DNA of 64,000 bases from Candidatus Dojkabacteria bacterium (GCA_018056375.1 JAGPFQ010000002.1:11344-75343); one strand, 5' to 3'; shown: positions 20,398 through 32,752, counted from the stretch's first letter. Numbers and translations are program-made. Notes: generated by a model from the letters alone, not told the origin.

Positions 20398-20498
20398 AAT
20401 GTGTAGGAGTATAGCAGATATATTGCTTTGTAGCAATACTTAAAAAGTCATCTAGAGAAGTAGAGTAGTATGATGTTTTATAGAATTCAGATTTTTAT

Positions 20499-21359
20499 TT
20501 AGAGTAGATCCATTATGTTTTTAGTTCTTTGTTTAAGATCTCTTTGTTTCTCTTCTAAAGCTCTCTGTTCTAATAGCTTGAATATAGCACCAAACTTTTT
20601 TATGCTTTCTTCGCTTAAGCCACCAAAAGATTGTTCTGCAAATGTACAGAAGAAAGTTCCAGAATCTGTGATTATGTCTCCTGTAGGGATGTTGGTATCA
20701 GGTTTCTCAAACCCTTTCCATTTTCCTGCCTTTGCATCATCAAATAACTGTGTCAAATCTTTTGATGTGCAATTTTCAACTGGTGTTTTTGGATCAGTTC
20801 TGTGGATAAAGAGCATACCGTTATCTGTAAATAGTAGGGCTGGGTAAGGGATTGATTCTGTTTTATATAAGAAGTGCTCTTTCTTGAAAGCTGCTATTGT
20901 ACCGTCTTCTAAAATTATCCGTTGGAAAACATTTGGGTATTTTTCTAATAGACCTTCTAAAATAGTTCGGTTATATTCTTGTTCTTGTGTTAATCCCGTG
21001 TCAAACTCTCTTTTAAGTGCTTGTTCAACTAGGATAGCTTTGTCCATACCTTCTTCTTTTAGTGCATATGCAACTTTTACTGCGTGTGCAGGATCTAGAA
21101 TTCGACCATCCTCATCATAAAAACTTGTAGGGTTTTGTATTTGATCAATTTCTGTTTGAACTGCTGTCTTTGGTTTTCCATGCTCAGGAGTGTCTAAATC
21201 TTCATGCTGTGTGAATAGTTTTGGTCCTGCACTTTCATTCTCTGGTGAGTAACTAATATCAATCCTGTCAGGAAGAGTATTAGCCCATTGTGGTGTTTCT
21301 GTATTATCTTGTCTTTCTTGTTTTGCTCCTCCTGTCTCTAAATCGTAATCTGATACCAT
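20499..21359 (-). CDS. Hypothetical protein (286 aa), with no recognisable domain and a polar, acidic N-terminal region
   Basis: It is a long clean ORF divergent from hrcA. It has no TM segment and no signal peptide. Confidence 0.45.
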   Translation of the reverse strand: MVSDYDLETGGAKQERQDNTETPQWANTLPDRIDISYSPENESAGPKLFTQHEDLDTPEHGKPKTAVQTEIDQIQNPTSFYDEDGRILDPAHAVKVAYALKEEGMDKAILVEQALKREFDTGLTQEQEYNRTILEGLLEKYPNVFQRIILEDGTIAAFKKEHFLYKTESIPYPALLFTDNGMLFIHRTDPKTPVENCTSKDLTQLFDDAKAGKWKGFEKPDTNIPTGDIITDSGTFFCTFAEQSFGGLSEESIKKFGAIFKLLEQRALEEKQRDLKQRTKNIMDLL

Positions 21360-21526
21360 AGCAGTAAAAATAAAAACTTAAATTTTTATAAATTATTAAG
21401 AAGACTAACCTTCTATATCTGGTCCTTCCATAATTATATGACCATTAATTTATATACTTAATTATATATAGAATAAAAACAATATTGCAAGTAATAATAT
21501 TTTTATAACATCAAACCAACTAGCAC

Positions 21527-21556
21527 TTGACATACTTCTCTGCTCACCGTATACTT
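21527..21556 (+). promoter_or_regulatory. Sigma70-type promoter for the hrcA-grpE-dnaK operon (TTGACA-N18-TATACT)
   Basis: Consensus -35 and near-consensus -10 hexamers lie 30 nt upstream of the hrcA ATG. Confidence 0.55.
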
Positions 21557-21583
21557 TGGCAGATAATCTAATACTCTGCTAAA
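21557..21583 (+). promoter_or_regulatory. CIRCE-like HrcA operator (TTGGCAgat-N9-ctcTGCTAA). The hexamer-to-hexamer spacing of 15 matches canonical CIRCE TTAGCACTC-N9-GAGTGCTAA
   Basis: The inverted repeat TTGGCAGA / TCTGCTAA sits between the -10 element and the hrcA start. This is the expected position for HrcA autoregulation. Confidence 0.5.
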
Positions 21584-21584
21584 T

Positions 21585-22310
21585 ATGGATATAACGGAAA
21601 GACAAAAAGAAATACTTAAAGCCATTATTAAAGAATTTATGGAAGAAGCAGAAGAAGTAGGTTCTCTATCGCTCGTTCAAAAATATGACTTAGGTGTAAG
21701 TCCAGCAACAATTAGAAGTGAGATGGTCAAGCTAATGGATTTAGGGCTCTTAGAGAAGAGTCACATCTCTTCTGGTAGGTTACCTACAGATCAGGCATTA
21801 AGATTTTACATATCTAATGTACTAAGTAAGAGTACTCTTAGTCCTTTAATTAGTATTGAGATTAGACAGGGTATACACAGAGACAGGTTTGATAAGGATG
21901 TTGTAGAGAAAGAAATTCTATCAATATTAGCAAAGGAAACAGAGAGTCTAGTTTTCTTAGTTACAGATAAAGAGATTAGGTTTTACGGTATTAGTAATTT
22001 ACTTAAATATCCAGAGTTCAATGATTTAGAGAAGTTGAGGGTAGTATTTGACATTTTAGAAGATGAGAACTTTTTAAGAAATCTTGTTTGTCAGTACAAC
22101 AATTCGGGAACAACTCTACTCATTGGTGAGGAGACTGGTATCGAAAACATGACTAATTGTGCAATTGCTTTCATTAAGGTACCTTTCTGGGGGAGTAATT
22201 GTACATATGTTGGTGTTTGGGGAACAAAGAGAATGGATTACTCAGTAGTAATTCCAGTGCTATCAGAAGTAAGAGATGCTCTTGAGCAAGCTACTTCTGG
22301 TTGGAGATAA
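21585..22310 (+). CDS. hrcA: Heat-inducible transcription repressor HrcA (short form)
   Basis: The N-terminal wHTH reads ERQKEILKAII...VGSLSL...GVSPATIRSEMVKLMDLGLLEKSHISSGRLPT. The gene heads a grpE-dnaK operon. Confidence 0.8.
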   Translation: MDITERQKEILKAIIKEFMEEAEEVGSLSLVQKYDLGVSPATIRSEMVKLMDLGLLEKSHISSGRLPTDQALRFYISNVLSKSTLSPLISIEIRQGIHRDRFDKDVVEKEILSILAKETESLVFLVTDKEIRFYGISNLLKYPEFNDLEKLRVVFDILEDENFLRNLVCQYNNSGTTLLIGEETGIENMTNCAIAFIKVPFWGSNCTYVGVWGTKRMDYSVVIPVLSEVRDALEQATSGWR

Positions 22311-22873
22311 ATTCACAAGTTTTAACGATGGGAGATTTAAAAAAGAAAAAACAGAATATTGGTGTGCAACAAAATGATGAAAAGTATGAAGAGATGAAGA
22401 AACAGATAGAGGAGTTGGCTTTGTCAATTGATAAAGTAGAAGATGAGAAATTGGTGATACAGAATCAATTAGTAAAAGCTTTGGCTGACTACCAGAATTT
22501 ACAGGCAGATATGGAGAAAAGACAGAAGGTTAAGTTCTTTCAAATGAAGAAGAGTCTTTGTGAAGAATTTATGTCTGTATTAGATGCTATGAAACTATCT
22601 CTTGAAAGTGAGAAGACATTGAAATTAGATTCAAAAGAGAAGGCTTGGTTTGAAGGAGTTGAAAATATATTTGCAGAATTTGAAAAAGTTTTGGGTGGTA
22701 TAGGTTTGGAAATATATCTTCCTAAAAAGGGAGATATGTTTGACTCAACTATACATGATGCATTGGCTACGGTTGAAGGTGGTAAGGCAGGAGAAATTAT
22801 GGAAGTAATCCAACCAGGTTATAGATTAGATGGGACAGTAATTCGAGATGCTAAAGTTTTAGTGTCAAAATAA
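22301..22873 (+). CDS. grpE: Nucleotide exchange factor GrpE
   Basis: The C-terminus GYRLDGTVIRDAKVLVSK is GrpE-like and a coiled-coil N-terminus precedes it. The gene overlaps the hrcA stop. Confidence 0.8.
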   Translation: MEINSQVLTMGDLKKKKQNIGVQQNDEKYEEMKKQIEELALSIDKVEDEKLVIQNQLVKALADYQNLQADMEKRQKVKFFQMKKSLCEEFMSVLDAMKLSLESEKTLKLDSKEKAWFEGVENIFAEFEKVLGGIGLEIYLPKKGDMFDSTIHDALATVEGGKAGEIMEVIQPGYRLDGTVIRDAKVLVSK

Positions 22874-22905
22874 TTAATTAGATTTAAATTTTTAATAATA
22901 AATAT

Positions 22906-24816
22906 ATGTCAAAAATAATAGGAATAGACTTAGGTACAACTAACTCTGTGATGTCTTTCATAGAGGGTGGAAAACCAAACATTATTGCTAATACACAAGG
23001 AAGTAGGCTTACTCCTTCTGTTGTAGCAGAGGATGATAAAGGAGAGATTTTAGTTGGTACTCCAGCTAAAAATCAAGCAGTTGTAAATCCTGAGGGTACA
23101 ATTTACTCTGTGAAGAGGTTGATTGGTAGAGACTGGAACGATCCTGAGGTTAAAAGGGATAAAGATCTTCTACCTTTTGATATGAGGAAGTCTTCAAGTG
23201 GTGGTGTTGAAGTTAAGATGGGAGATAAGTGGTATACACCACAAGAGATTTCAGCAAAGCTACTTGCAAAGATGAAAAAGGATGCAGAAGAGTATCTAGG
23301 ACAAGATATTACAGATGCAGTCATTACAGTCCCCGCATATTTTGATGACTCGCAGAGACAGGCAACTAAGGATGCTGGTAAGATTGCAGGTTTGAATGTA
23401 CAAAGAATTGTGAATGAGCCAACAGCAGCTGCTCTTGCATATGGTTTAGATGATAAGAAGGATCAGAAAGTTGCTGTATTTGACTTGGGTGGTGGTACTT
23501 TTGATATCTCAATTTTAGAGATGGGTGATGGTGTCTTTGAAGTGTTAGCTACAAATGGTGATACCCATCTTGGTGGTGATGACTTTGATCAGAAGATAAT
23601 TGATTACCTAGCAGATGAGTTTGAGAAGAAAGAGGGAATGGATCTTAGAGAAGATAGAACTGCACTTCAAAGATTGAGAGAAGCTGCAGAAAAGGCTAAG
23701 GTAGAGCTTTCAACTTCAGAAGAGACAGAGATTAATGTCCCTTACATTACAGCTACAGATAAAGGACCAAAGCACTTGAAAGAAAAGTTAACAAGGGCAG
23801 AATTTGAGAAATTAACATCTGATTTAATAGAACAAACAGTTAAACCTTGTGAGAAGGCAATGAAAGATGCTGGTTTGGATAAAAAGGAGATTGATGAAGT
23901 ATTGTTAGTTGGTGGAATGACTAGAATGCCAGCTGTTGTTAAAAAGGTTAAAGAGATATTTGGAAAAGAACCAAATAAAGGAGTTAACCCAGATGAGGTT
24001 GTTGCAGAAGGTGCTGCAATTCAAGGTGGTGTCTTAGGTGGTGATGTTAAAGATATTACTCTTTTGGATGTAACACCATTATCATTAGGTCTTGAGACTT
24101 TGGGTGGAGTGTTTACAAAGTTGATTGATAGGAATACTACAATTCCTGTTGAGAAGAAGCAGGTGTTTTCAACGGCTGCAGATAATCAGCCAGGTGTAGA
24201 GATACATGTATTACAAGGGGAAAGAGAGATGGCTTCTGATAACAAGACATTAGGTAGATTCTTACTAGACGGTATTCTTCCAGCACCAAGAGGAGTTCCT
24301 CAAATTGAAGTTACATTCTCAATTGATGCTAATGGTATTTTGAATGTTACAGCAATAGATCTTGGAACTAAGAAGGAACAGAAGATTACGATTACAGCAT
24401 CCACAGGTCTTAAAGATGAGGAGATTGAAAAGATGGTAGAGGAAGCTGAGAAGCATGCAGAGGAAGACAAGAAGAAAAAGATGAGAGCAGAGAAGAGAAA
24501 TGATGCAGATACTTTAGCTTTTAGTGCAGAGAAACTAATTGATGAGAACAAGGATAAAGTATCAGAAGAAGAGCAGAAGAGTATAAAGGAGAAAGCAGAA
24601 GCTCTTAAAGAGATGATTAAGAAAGATGATTTTGATGTTGATAAGGTAGAGGAGAAGACAGAGGAACTTTCTAAAGAGATGCAGGAGATTGGTAAGAAGA
24701 TATATGAGGCGGCTGCAAAGGAATCTGCTGGGAAAGAGGAAGATGAAAAGAAAGAAGACTCTAAAGAAGAGAAGAAAGATAAGGATGATGTAAAGGAGGG
24801 AGAGGTAGTAGAATAA
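22906..24816 (+). CDS. dnaK: Chaperone DnaK (Hsp70)
   Basis: [20 protein letters not shown] and an acidic C-terminal tail are present. Confidence 0.97.
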   Translation: MSKIIGIDLGTTNSVMSFIEGGKPNIIANTQGSRLTPSVVAEDDKGEILVGTPAKNQAVVNPEGTIYSVKRLIGRDWNDPEVKRDKDLLPFDMRKSSSGGVEVKMGDKWYTPQEISAKLLAKMKKDAEEYLGQDITDAVITVPAYFDDSQRQATKDAGKIAGLNVQRIVNEPTAAALAYGLDDKKDQKVAVFDLGGGTFDISILEMGDGVFEVLATNGDTHLGGDDFDQKIIDYLADEFEKKEGMDLREDRTALQRLREAAEKAKVELSTSEETEINVPYITATDKGPKHLKEKLTRAEFEKLTSDLIEQTVKPCEKAMKDAGLDKKEIDEVLLVGGMTRMPAVVKKVKEIFGKEPNKGVNPDEVVAEGAAIQGGVLGGDVKDITLLDVTPLSLGLETLGGVFTKLIDRNTTIPVEKKQVFSTAADNQPGVEIHVLQGEREMASDNKTLGRFLLDGILPAPRGVPQIEVTFSIDANGILNVTAIDLGTKKEQKITITASTGLKDEEIEKMVEEAEKHAEEDKKKKMRAEKRNDADTLAFSAEKLIDENKDKVSEEEQKSIKEKAEALKEMIKKDDFDVDKVEEKTEELSKEMQEIGKKIYEAAAKESAGKEEDEKKEDSKEEKKDKDDVKEGEVVE

Positions 24817-24840
24817 TCTTTCGACTTCTTTGATTTATCT

Positions 24841-24875
24841 AGAAAGGAGGGTGTTTTATCCCTCTTTTCTATTTT
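24841..24875. terminator. Candidate bidirectional terminator between dnaK and the convergent comF-like gene (aggaggg-tgtttta-tccctct plus T-rich flank)
   Basis: The stem is imperfect with one G:U pair and has T-runs on both sides. Confidence 0.35.
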
Positions 24876-25573
24876 ATATAGTACGGTCTTCCTCTAAACA
24901 AACAAATAGCTCTAACTTTAACATCTTTATTGATCTCCCTAATACACTTACAAATATCTTCTAATGTCTTTCCTGTGGTAATAACATCATCTACTATTAT
25001 AATCTCACTAAGAGTACCTAAAAGTTTCGTATCTTGTACTTCAAAATTAGTACTATGTAATATTCTTTCCTCTTTATCTAACAAAGATTGATGTGTACTA
25101 TCACTATCAACTCTCTTCAAAAGAGTGTTGTTGTACTCAATCCCTGTATATTCAGAAACAGCTTTTGCAAGAACATCTGCTTGATTAAACCCTCTATCTC
25201 TCAATCTCGTAAGTGATATAGGGGTAGGGACAACAAGACTTTTCTCTTCTTCCTGAATTCCTCTTACTCCACTTAACCCCTCTTTAACAAACTCTTCAAA
25301 AGTACTCTCTAAATCATATACCAGACCATACTTATACTTCTTTAATATCTTTGAAGTAATCTCCTCATATTTCCAAAGAACTACTACTGAATCTAAACTG
25401 TTTTCTCTTTTACATAAATCATGTGTTTGATAATTAGTAGATAGTTTCCTACAGATGTAACACTCTGGTAGGTTTCTCTTAAATAACTTTTTACACTTAG
25501 AACATAGGTACTCACCATGTTTAGAACATATAGTGCAAGTTTTAGGAAAGAATATATCTAAAATATTTACCAT
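24869..25573 (-). CDS. ComF family protein / phosphoribosyltransferase-like (double zinc ribbon plus PRTase fold)
   Basis: The N-terminal ribbon is [15 protein letters not shown]...CYICRK. The C-terminal PRPP-binding-like motif is [13 protein letters not shown]. Confidence 0.7.
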   Translation of the reverse strand: MVNILDIFFPKTCTICSKHGEYLCSKCKKLFKRNLPECYICRKLSTNYQTHDLCKRENSLDSVVVLWKYEEITSKILKKYKYGLVYDLESTFEEFVKEGLSGVRGIQEEEKSLVVPTPISLTRLRDRGFNQADVLAKAVSEYTGIEYNNTLLKRVDSDSTHQSLLDKEERILHSTNFEVQDTKLLGTLSEIIIVDDVITTGKTLEDICKCIREINKDVKVRAICLFRGRPYYIK

Positions 25574-25681
25574 GGTAAATTATCTCAAGTAGTTATTAAA
25601 CTTGGATTAACTCAATTATTAATTGCTAAAAATGGACTAATGCCTTATCATATTACCCATATAATTAATAAGTGTTGCACA

Positions 25682-27466
25682 ATGTCGAATAATTCAAAGC
25701 AGAAGAACAGTGTTTACATGATGATGGCATTGCTTCTAATCACTAAAGTATTAGGTTTTTTAAAGCTAAGAATTATTGCCCAGCTCTTTGGAGCTACTCA
25801 TGAATTAGATATCTTTTGGGCAGCATTCACAATACCAGATACTCTCTTTATGATAATTGTTGCAGGTTCTCTCAATGCTGCTATCATTCCTCTATTAGCA
25901 TCAGTATTACATAAGGAAGGAGAGAAGAAGCTGAATGAGTTTTTTACCAACCTAATGATTGTCATCAGTTCAATTATTGTTTTCATAGCAGTTCTTCTCT
26001 TTATCTTTGCACCTCAACTAACAAGTTTCCTGATTAGATCAGATGTATCACAGAGTATTCTTAATTTCTCAAGTAGGATAACACAGGAAGACTTTAAGTT
26101 ATTTGTAGATTTGACTAGAATTATGATGATATCTCCTGTGTTACTAGGCATTAGTACAATAGTTACAGGATACCTTCAAACTAGAAGGGAGTTCTTCATT
26201 ACATCTCTTGCTCCTCTAATGTACAACCTAGCAATGGTGGTAGGACCAATTATTTTTGTAGTTGGTTTTAAAATGGGTGTGAAGGGAGTTGCAATCTGTG
26301 CAGTGCTAGGTTCGTTCCTTCATTTTGCAGTACAAATCCCTACACTTAGAAAATATTTCAAAGAAAAGGTTAAACTAACTAAGAAAAGCATTGTAAGTGC
26401 TATAAAGGATTCTGCAATCTGGAAAGGCTTGAAACTTGCCGTTCCAAAGATGATTTCAACCATAGGGGAACAGATCAATATTGTTGTTAATACATTGATA
26501 AGTTTTTCCTTAGCAGCAGGAGCTCTTAGTTCTTACAAGTTTGCACTTAGTCTCTATCTCTTTCCTGTTAATATAGTAGGAGGCGCTTTTGCACAGTCTG
26601 TCTTACCAGAACTGTCTTCTAAAGCAGATAAACAGAAGGAATTTAAAGATGTTTTTAACAAAACAATCCAATTAGCTCTCTTTTTAGTACTTCCAATAGT
26701 TAGTATCTTACTTGTTCTTAGATTGCCAATTGTTAGATTAACTTTTGGTGTTGGAGAGTTTGACTGGAGAGCAACAGTTCTAACATCTTGGTGTTTGGTG
26801 TTTCTTTCTCTTGCGATATTGAGCCAAACACTTTCGCAGATAATTTTGAGAGCTTTTTATGCACTTAAGGAAACATGGAAACCACTTCTAGCAGTGGGTG
26901 TTGGAATAGTGGTGAATATTATTTTTGCATTCCTACTAACAAACTTCTTTAGTCATTACTACGACTGGAGACCGATACTCCAGCAGGTATTAGAACAGAT
27001 TGCAACTGCGAATGGTAGTGGGGTAGTAGAGGTAATAAAATCGTTTTTTGCAGATATATTTACATGGTGTACTACTCGGGGAACTTCAGATATGGCAGTT
27101 GGAGGATTATCTATGAGTTTGAGTTTAGCTTCTTTTGTAGAATTAATCTTGCTTTTCTGTTTACTAAACAAAGAGGTAAAAATCATTACCTACAAGGATA
27201 CAGTGAAGCCTATGCTTAAGAAGGTTTTGAATGGTATCTTAATGGCTGTTGGTATGTATCTAGTATTCAAGCTTTTTGATTTCAAATTAGATACTACAAG
27301 AACAATTTCAATCATTATTCTTACAATAGTGACTTCTCTCTACGGTCTTCTTTCTTACTGGCTTGGTTCTAAAGTCTTTGAAATTAAAGAGGTTGGTCGT
27401 TTTGAAGAAAAAGTAAAAAGTGTTTGGGAAAAATTGAAGGAGAAAGTTAAAGTATGGGTAAAGTAA
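25682..27466 (+). CDS. murJ: Lipid II flippase MurJ (MviN). The start is taken at MSNNSK; the ORF track starts 14 codons upstream
   Basis: LITKVLGFLKLRIIAQLFGATHELDIFWAAF is the MurJ N-terminal signature. There are about 14 TM segments. Confidence 0.85.
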   Translation: MSNNSKQKNSVYMMMALLLITKVLGFLKLRIIAQLFGATHELDIFWAAFTIPDTLFMIIVAGSLNAAIIPLLASVLHKEGEKKLNEFFTNLMIVISSIIVFIAVLLFIFAPQLTSFLIRSDVSQSILNFSSRITQEDFKLFVDLTRIMMISPVLLGISTIVTGYLQTRREFFITSLAPLMYNLAMVVGPIIFVVGFKMGVKGVAICAVLGSFLHFAVQIPTLRKYFKEKVKLTKKSIVSAIKDSAIWKGLKLAVPKMISTIGEQINIVVNTLISFSLAAGALSSYKFALSLYLFPVNIVGGAFAQSVLPELSSKADKQKEFKDVFNKTIQLALFLVLPIVSILLVLRLPIVRLTFGVGEFDWRATVLTSWCLVFLSLAILSQTLSQIILRAFYALKETWKPLLAVGVGIVVNIIFAFLLTNFFSHYYDWRPILQQVLEQIATANGSGVVEVIKSFFADIFTWCTTRGTSDMAVGGLSMSLSLASFVELILLFCLLNKEVKIITYKDTVKPMLKKVLNGILMAVGMYLVFKLFDFKLDTTRTISIIILTIVTSLYGLLSYWLGSKVFEIKEVGRFEEKVKSVWEKLKEKVKVWVK

Positions 27467-28050
27467 TTAAGTATATATTGTTATCACTTTTAGGTTTGTT
27501 TCTACTTTTTCTTGGTTATATAGCCTTCAACTATATTTCTTGGCAAAAAGAATTTACCAATAATAGGAGGGAAGGGATTGTTTGTACAAAAGACGAGGAG
27601 AAGGTAGAGATAGATTTTAAAGAGAGAATTGAGAATTTCATACTTTCGGATAGTTATGCGGAATTTTTAACTTTTTCTAAAAGAGAAGCTTTGTATTTGA
27701 TAGAAGAGTCTATACCAAAGACTGAAGAGTTGAAGATTGAGGAGATGTGTTTGGAGACGGACAGTGGGAAATGGAAGATATATATACAGAGTAGATTTAA
27801 ATCTTTTAAACTTCCTTGGATAGCTATTGATGTTGTGAAAGATAAAAGAGAGACAGCAGAGTTATATACACCGAGTATGTATATTGGTAATTTAAAAGTA
27901 CCAGAGAAATTCTCAAAAGGTTTGTTACAGAAGATAAGTAAGGGACTTAGTGATGCTTTAATAGTAGTTACAGAGAACAATTTTTTAGGGAAGGAGATTA
28001 AGAATATAGATATTCTTAAGGATTCTGTTGTGTTTAAGGGTGGGTTGTAG
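27454..28050 (+). CDS. Hypothetical membrane-anchored protein (N-terminal TM), translationally coupled to murJ by a 13-nt overlap
   Basis: The N-terminal hydrophobic segment is YILLSLLGLFLLFLGYIAF. No recognisable domain is present. Confidence 0.45.
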   Translation: MGKVIKYILLSLLGLFLLFLGYIAFNYISWQKEFTNNRREGIVCTKDEEKVEIDFKERIENFILSDSYAEFLTFSKREALYLIEESIPKTEELKIEEMCLETDSGKWKIYIQSRFKSFKLPWIAIDVVKDKRETAELYTPSMYIGNLKVPEKFSKGLLQKISKGLSDALIVVTENNFLGKEIKNIDILKDSVVFKGGL

Positions 28051-28151
28051 TGTTTTTAAATGTAATATCTTTTTGTTGTTTCGCGTGTGGCTCCATAGTA
28101 TAATCAAGGTGTTGAGTGATAGCTCTTTAATTAAAAAAGAGAGGAGGGGAA

Positions 28152-28511
28152 ATGAATAAAAATTTTCTCTTGTTAACCAAAGAGAACTTTGAGGTAGCAC
28201 TACCTTCAGAGTTTTCATCGTCCCTTAAGACTGAGATTATGGCAAAATATCAGCTTGTTTTTAATACTTGGCTCCCGCCAGAAGATCTTGTAGACAAGAT
28301 AATGTCGAGATTTCTTGTTTTAAATATCTCTGGGCGGCAATATTTTGTAAGACTTCTGGAGTGTCTCATTGACACTTTGGAGTTCGAAAATAATGATAAA
28401 GAAAAAACTCCCGAACCGGTAAGAAGGTTTCGGAGGTTGTTAACTTACAGAAAAGAAATTTTCTGTAAGTCTGATCCAAAGCTATCACTTAGCAAACATA
28501 GACACCGTTAA
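28152..28511 (+). CDS. Hypothetical protein (119 aa) with a strong SD (gagaggagggga) and an upstream tagtataat -10-like box
   Basis: This is one of the few genes in the window with a canonical Shine-Dalgarno sequence. No domain was recognised. Confidence 0.45.
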   Translation: MNKNFLLLTKENFEVALPSEFSSSLKTEIMAKYQLVFNTWLPPEDLVDKIMSRFLVLNISGRQYFVRLLECLIDTLEFENNDKEKTPEPVRRFRRLLTYRKEIFCKSDPKLSLSKHRHR

Positions 28512-28636
28512 AGGTAAGATGGTATCTGTTTGTTTATACAAACGTTAGTCAAACCCAGGTGTCTTTTTGCTTTATAACACCTATATATACTCAAACCATG
28601 TGCTTTACATCTTAATATGTTACAATTAATTCCAAG

Positions 28637-30118
28637 ATGGAACTTGGTTTTGACAATGACAAATATATAAAGATACAGAGTCAAAATATTCTCAAAAGAA
28701 CTAAACTTTTCGATAAACTCTATCTTGAGATAGGGGGAAAGTTATTTGATGATACTCATGCTTCAAGAGTGTTACCTGGATTTCAAGCAGATGTAAAAGT
28801 GAAAATGTTCCAGAAATTAAAGAAAGATATCGAGGTTATATTTTGTATAAGTGCTAATGATATAGAAAGGAATAAGGTTAGGGCAGAGTATGGAATAACA
28901 TATGATACAGAAGTAATTAGGTTGATAGGAAACTTACAAAAGATGGGGTTTTCCATTAATTCTGTTGTAATAACTTTGTATAAAAATCAACCAACAGTTG
29001 ATACTTTTATTGCTAAGCTTAAACGATATAAGATTAAGACATATATTCACAGGTATACAAAAGGATATCCTACAGATATTGATACAATTGTTAGTGAGGA
29101 GGGGTATGGAGCAAATCCGTATATTGAAACTAAGAAAAAGATAATACTGGTTACTGCTCCGGGACCAGCTTCTGGTAAATTAGCAACTTGTCTCTCTCAG
29201 CTCTATCATGAACATCAAAGAGGGGTGAATGCAGGATATGCAAAGTTTGAAACTATGCCGGTATGGAATCTCCCCTTGAAACATCCTTTAAATATGGCTT
29301 ATGAAGCAGCCACTGCAGATCTAGGAGATGTTAGTATGTTAGACTATTTCCACTTAGAGGAATATGGTGAAAAGGCAGTTAGTTATAATAGGGACTTAGA
29401 GGTTTTTCCTGTTCTTAAGACAATATTAAACAGGATTGTAGGAAAAGATGTATACAAATCTCCAACCGATATGGGTGTGAATATGATAGGGGAGTGTATC
29501 AAGGATGATAAGGTTGTGCAGGAGGCATCGAAGAAGGAAATTGTTAGGAGGTATTACAATGAGATGTGTAACTACAAATTAGGTATAGCTGAGTATGAAG
29601 TTCCTGAAAGGGTAAAGAAATTGATGAATGAGTTAAAGATAGATGAGTACTATCTTGATGTTGTTAGACCTGCTTTAAAGAAGGCCAGGCGAATAGATAA
29701 ACACGTTATTTCTCTTAAATTACCAAGTGGGAAGATAATTACAGGAAGAGAAACAGATCTGTTGAGTCCGGCTAGTAGCTTAATTTTAAATGCTATTAAA
29801 GAATTGTCTAATATTCCTGATAATATAAATCTGTTATCACCTACTGTACTTAAACCTATGTTAGAACTTATTCCTAGGACAGAGGAGAGAGATGAAACAT
29901 TAGGTTTGGAAGAAGTTCTAATAGCATTAAGTATCTCTTCTGTGACTAATCCTTCTGTGGAGGAGGCTTTAAGTAGTATGAAAAAATTAGCAGGAAGTGA
30001 TGCACATGCTACATATATAGTAAGTAATGGTGATCTTAAAATGTTGAAAAGATTGAAGATCAATCTTACTTGTCAACCAGTGTTCTATTCTAACAAAATT
30101 TATACACTGTCAAAGTGA
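28637..30118 (+). CDS. UPF0371/DUF1846 family protein
   Basis: The N-terminus reads KLYLEIGGKLFDDTHASRVLPGF. Conserved blocks TAPGPASGKLATCLSQLYHE and YAKFETMPVWNLPLKHPLNMAYEAATADLGDV are characteristic of this family. The assignment was recalled from memory rather than searched. Confidence 0.65.
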   Translation: MELGFDNDKYIKIQSQNILKRTKLFDKLYLEIGGKLFDDTHASRVLPGFQADVKVKMFQKLKKDIEVIFCISANDIERNKVRAEYGITYDTEVIRLIGNLQKMGFSINSVVITLYKNQPTVDTFIAKLKRYKIKTYIHRYTKGYPTDIDTIVSEEGYGANPYIETKKKIILVTAPGPASGKLATCLSQLYHEHQRGVNAGYAKFETMPVWNLPLKHPLNMAYEAATADLGDVSMLDYFHLEEYGEKAVSYNRDLEVFPVLKTILNRIVGKDVYKSPTDMGVNMIGECIKDDKVVQEASKKEIVRRYYNEMCNYKLGIAEYEVPERVKKLMNELKIDEYYLDVVRPALKKARRIDKHVISLKLPSGKIITGRETDLLSPASSLILNAIKELSNIPDNINLLSPTVLKPMLELIPRTEERDETLGLEEVLIALSISSVTNPSVEEALSSMKKLAGSDAHATYIVSNGDLKMLKRLKINLTCQPVFYSNKIYTLSK

Positions 30119-30217
30119 GGTAAAAATATTCTTTCCCATCTCTGGTCTAAAAAGGCAGTATTACTAGGTGAAAAGTGCTAAAATGATGATATCTATAAAT
30201 TAAGTTGTAGCACTATC

Positions 30218-30775
30218 ATGAAAAAGATTATTTATGTTACGGGTAATGAATTTAAGGTGTTAACTGCCTCGAAAATATTAAACCCCCTGGGGTATCAGGT
30301 GGAAGCTAAAAAGATAGACTGCCCAGAGATTCAAGCAGACACGATTGAGGAGGTTGCTGAGTATTCTTCTAAATATGCAAGTGATTTTTTGCAGGAGTCT
30401 ACATTAAAAAATGATTCTGGACTGATAATCCCCACTCTCAAAGGCTTCCCTGGGGTTTATTCAAAATATGTAGAAAGTACAGTAGGAGAAGAAGGAATAT
30501 TGAAACTTATGTTGGGTGTTGAAGATAGAGAAGCTTATCTCCTTGAAGTTTTGGCATATACGGAGAAAGGAAAAGACCCTGTTACTTTCTTGTCTAAGAC
30601 AGAAGGGAGCATATCCACTGAATTATCAGGAGATTTTGGTTGGGGGTATGATAAGATTTTTATTCCAAAAGGAGAGAAGCAAACATTGGCAAACTTTGAA
30701 GATGATGTTAGATGGAAGTTCTGGAATGAGAATGCATATAAAGACTTGGTAGGGTACTTATCGGGCAGTGTTTGA
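30218..30775 (+). CDS. Non-canonical purine NTP pyrophosphatase (Ham1/RdgB ITPase family)
   Basis: VTGNEFKV and TLKGFPGVYSKY resemble the Ham1 motifs TGNxxK and GxPGxYS. Confidence 0.7.
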   Translation: MKKIIYVTGNEFKVLTASKILNPLGYQVEAKKIDCPEIQADTIEEVAEYSSKYASDFLQESTLKNDSGLIIPTLKGFPGVYSKYVESTVGEEGILKLMLGVEDREAYLLEVLAYTEKGKDPVTFLSKTEGSISTELSGDFGWGYDKIFIPKGEKQTLANFEDDVRWKFWNENAYKDLVGYLSGSV

Positions 30776-31124
30776 TTCTGGCTAGTAATGTTGTTTTTAA
30801 TCTTGCATAAAAGCTTGCACATTTGAAATTGGTATGATATACTCCTTAGCACGAGTTTGGGAGATGTGTTAAAAATGTATATGGAGAAACAGGAATCCTC
30901 TTAGAGAACTTCTCTAACGAATCCCCTGAGAAGAAATTGTTTAGTGTAATGCTATGAAGTGTTGTTAGCACCTTAAAAGTTGAAGAGTGACAGGAAGTCT
31001 AAATAAAATTTGACTTTCTGTGTGATGAGTCACACAATTCATTTAGTCAGATGTTTTTTGATCAATCCGGCAGTGATACTGGTCGGTCACACTTAGGTGT
31101 GTTAAGTTAAGTATCTTTTCAATG

Positions 31125-32668
<1,544 letters not shown>

Positions 32669-32752
32669 TCTAAGGAGTAACCAGATCTTCCTGTCACTTT
32701 TTAGCTTTTAAGGCTAAGTTCTTTAATTAAATAGATACTATGTACCGAAGAG

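Noticed and set aside
19526-20443. 305-aa plus-strand ORF of low-complexity S/V/T-rich sequence
   Set aside because: It is the antisense shadow of the ribosomal protein L25 gene with its acidic tail, and of the 3' end of the glycosyltransferase gene. It has no motifs, and the opposite strand encodes a clearly recognisable protein.
28512-28636. Possible tRNA or terminator in the intergenic region before the DUF1846 gene (aggtgt...acacct hairpin)
   Set aside because: No cloverleaf could be drawn, and there is no T-arm GTTC-like element. The hairpin has a 14-nt T-containing loop and is at best a weak terminator.
30165-30215. Inverted repeat aagtgcta...tagcactat upstream of the ITPase gene, which resembles CIRCE half-sites
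   Set aside because: The half-sites are in the inside-out orientation relative to CIRCE and are separated by about 30 nt. It is probably just a weak hairpin or operator of unknown meaning and is not called.
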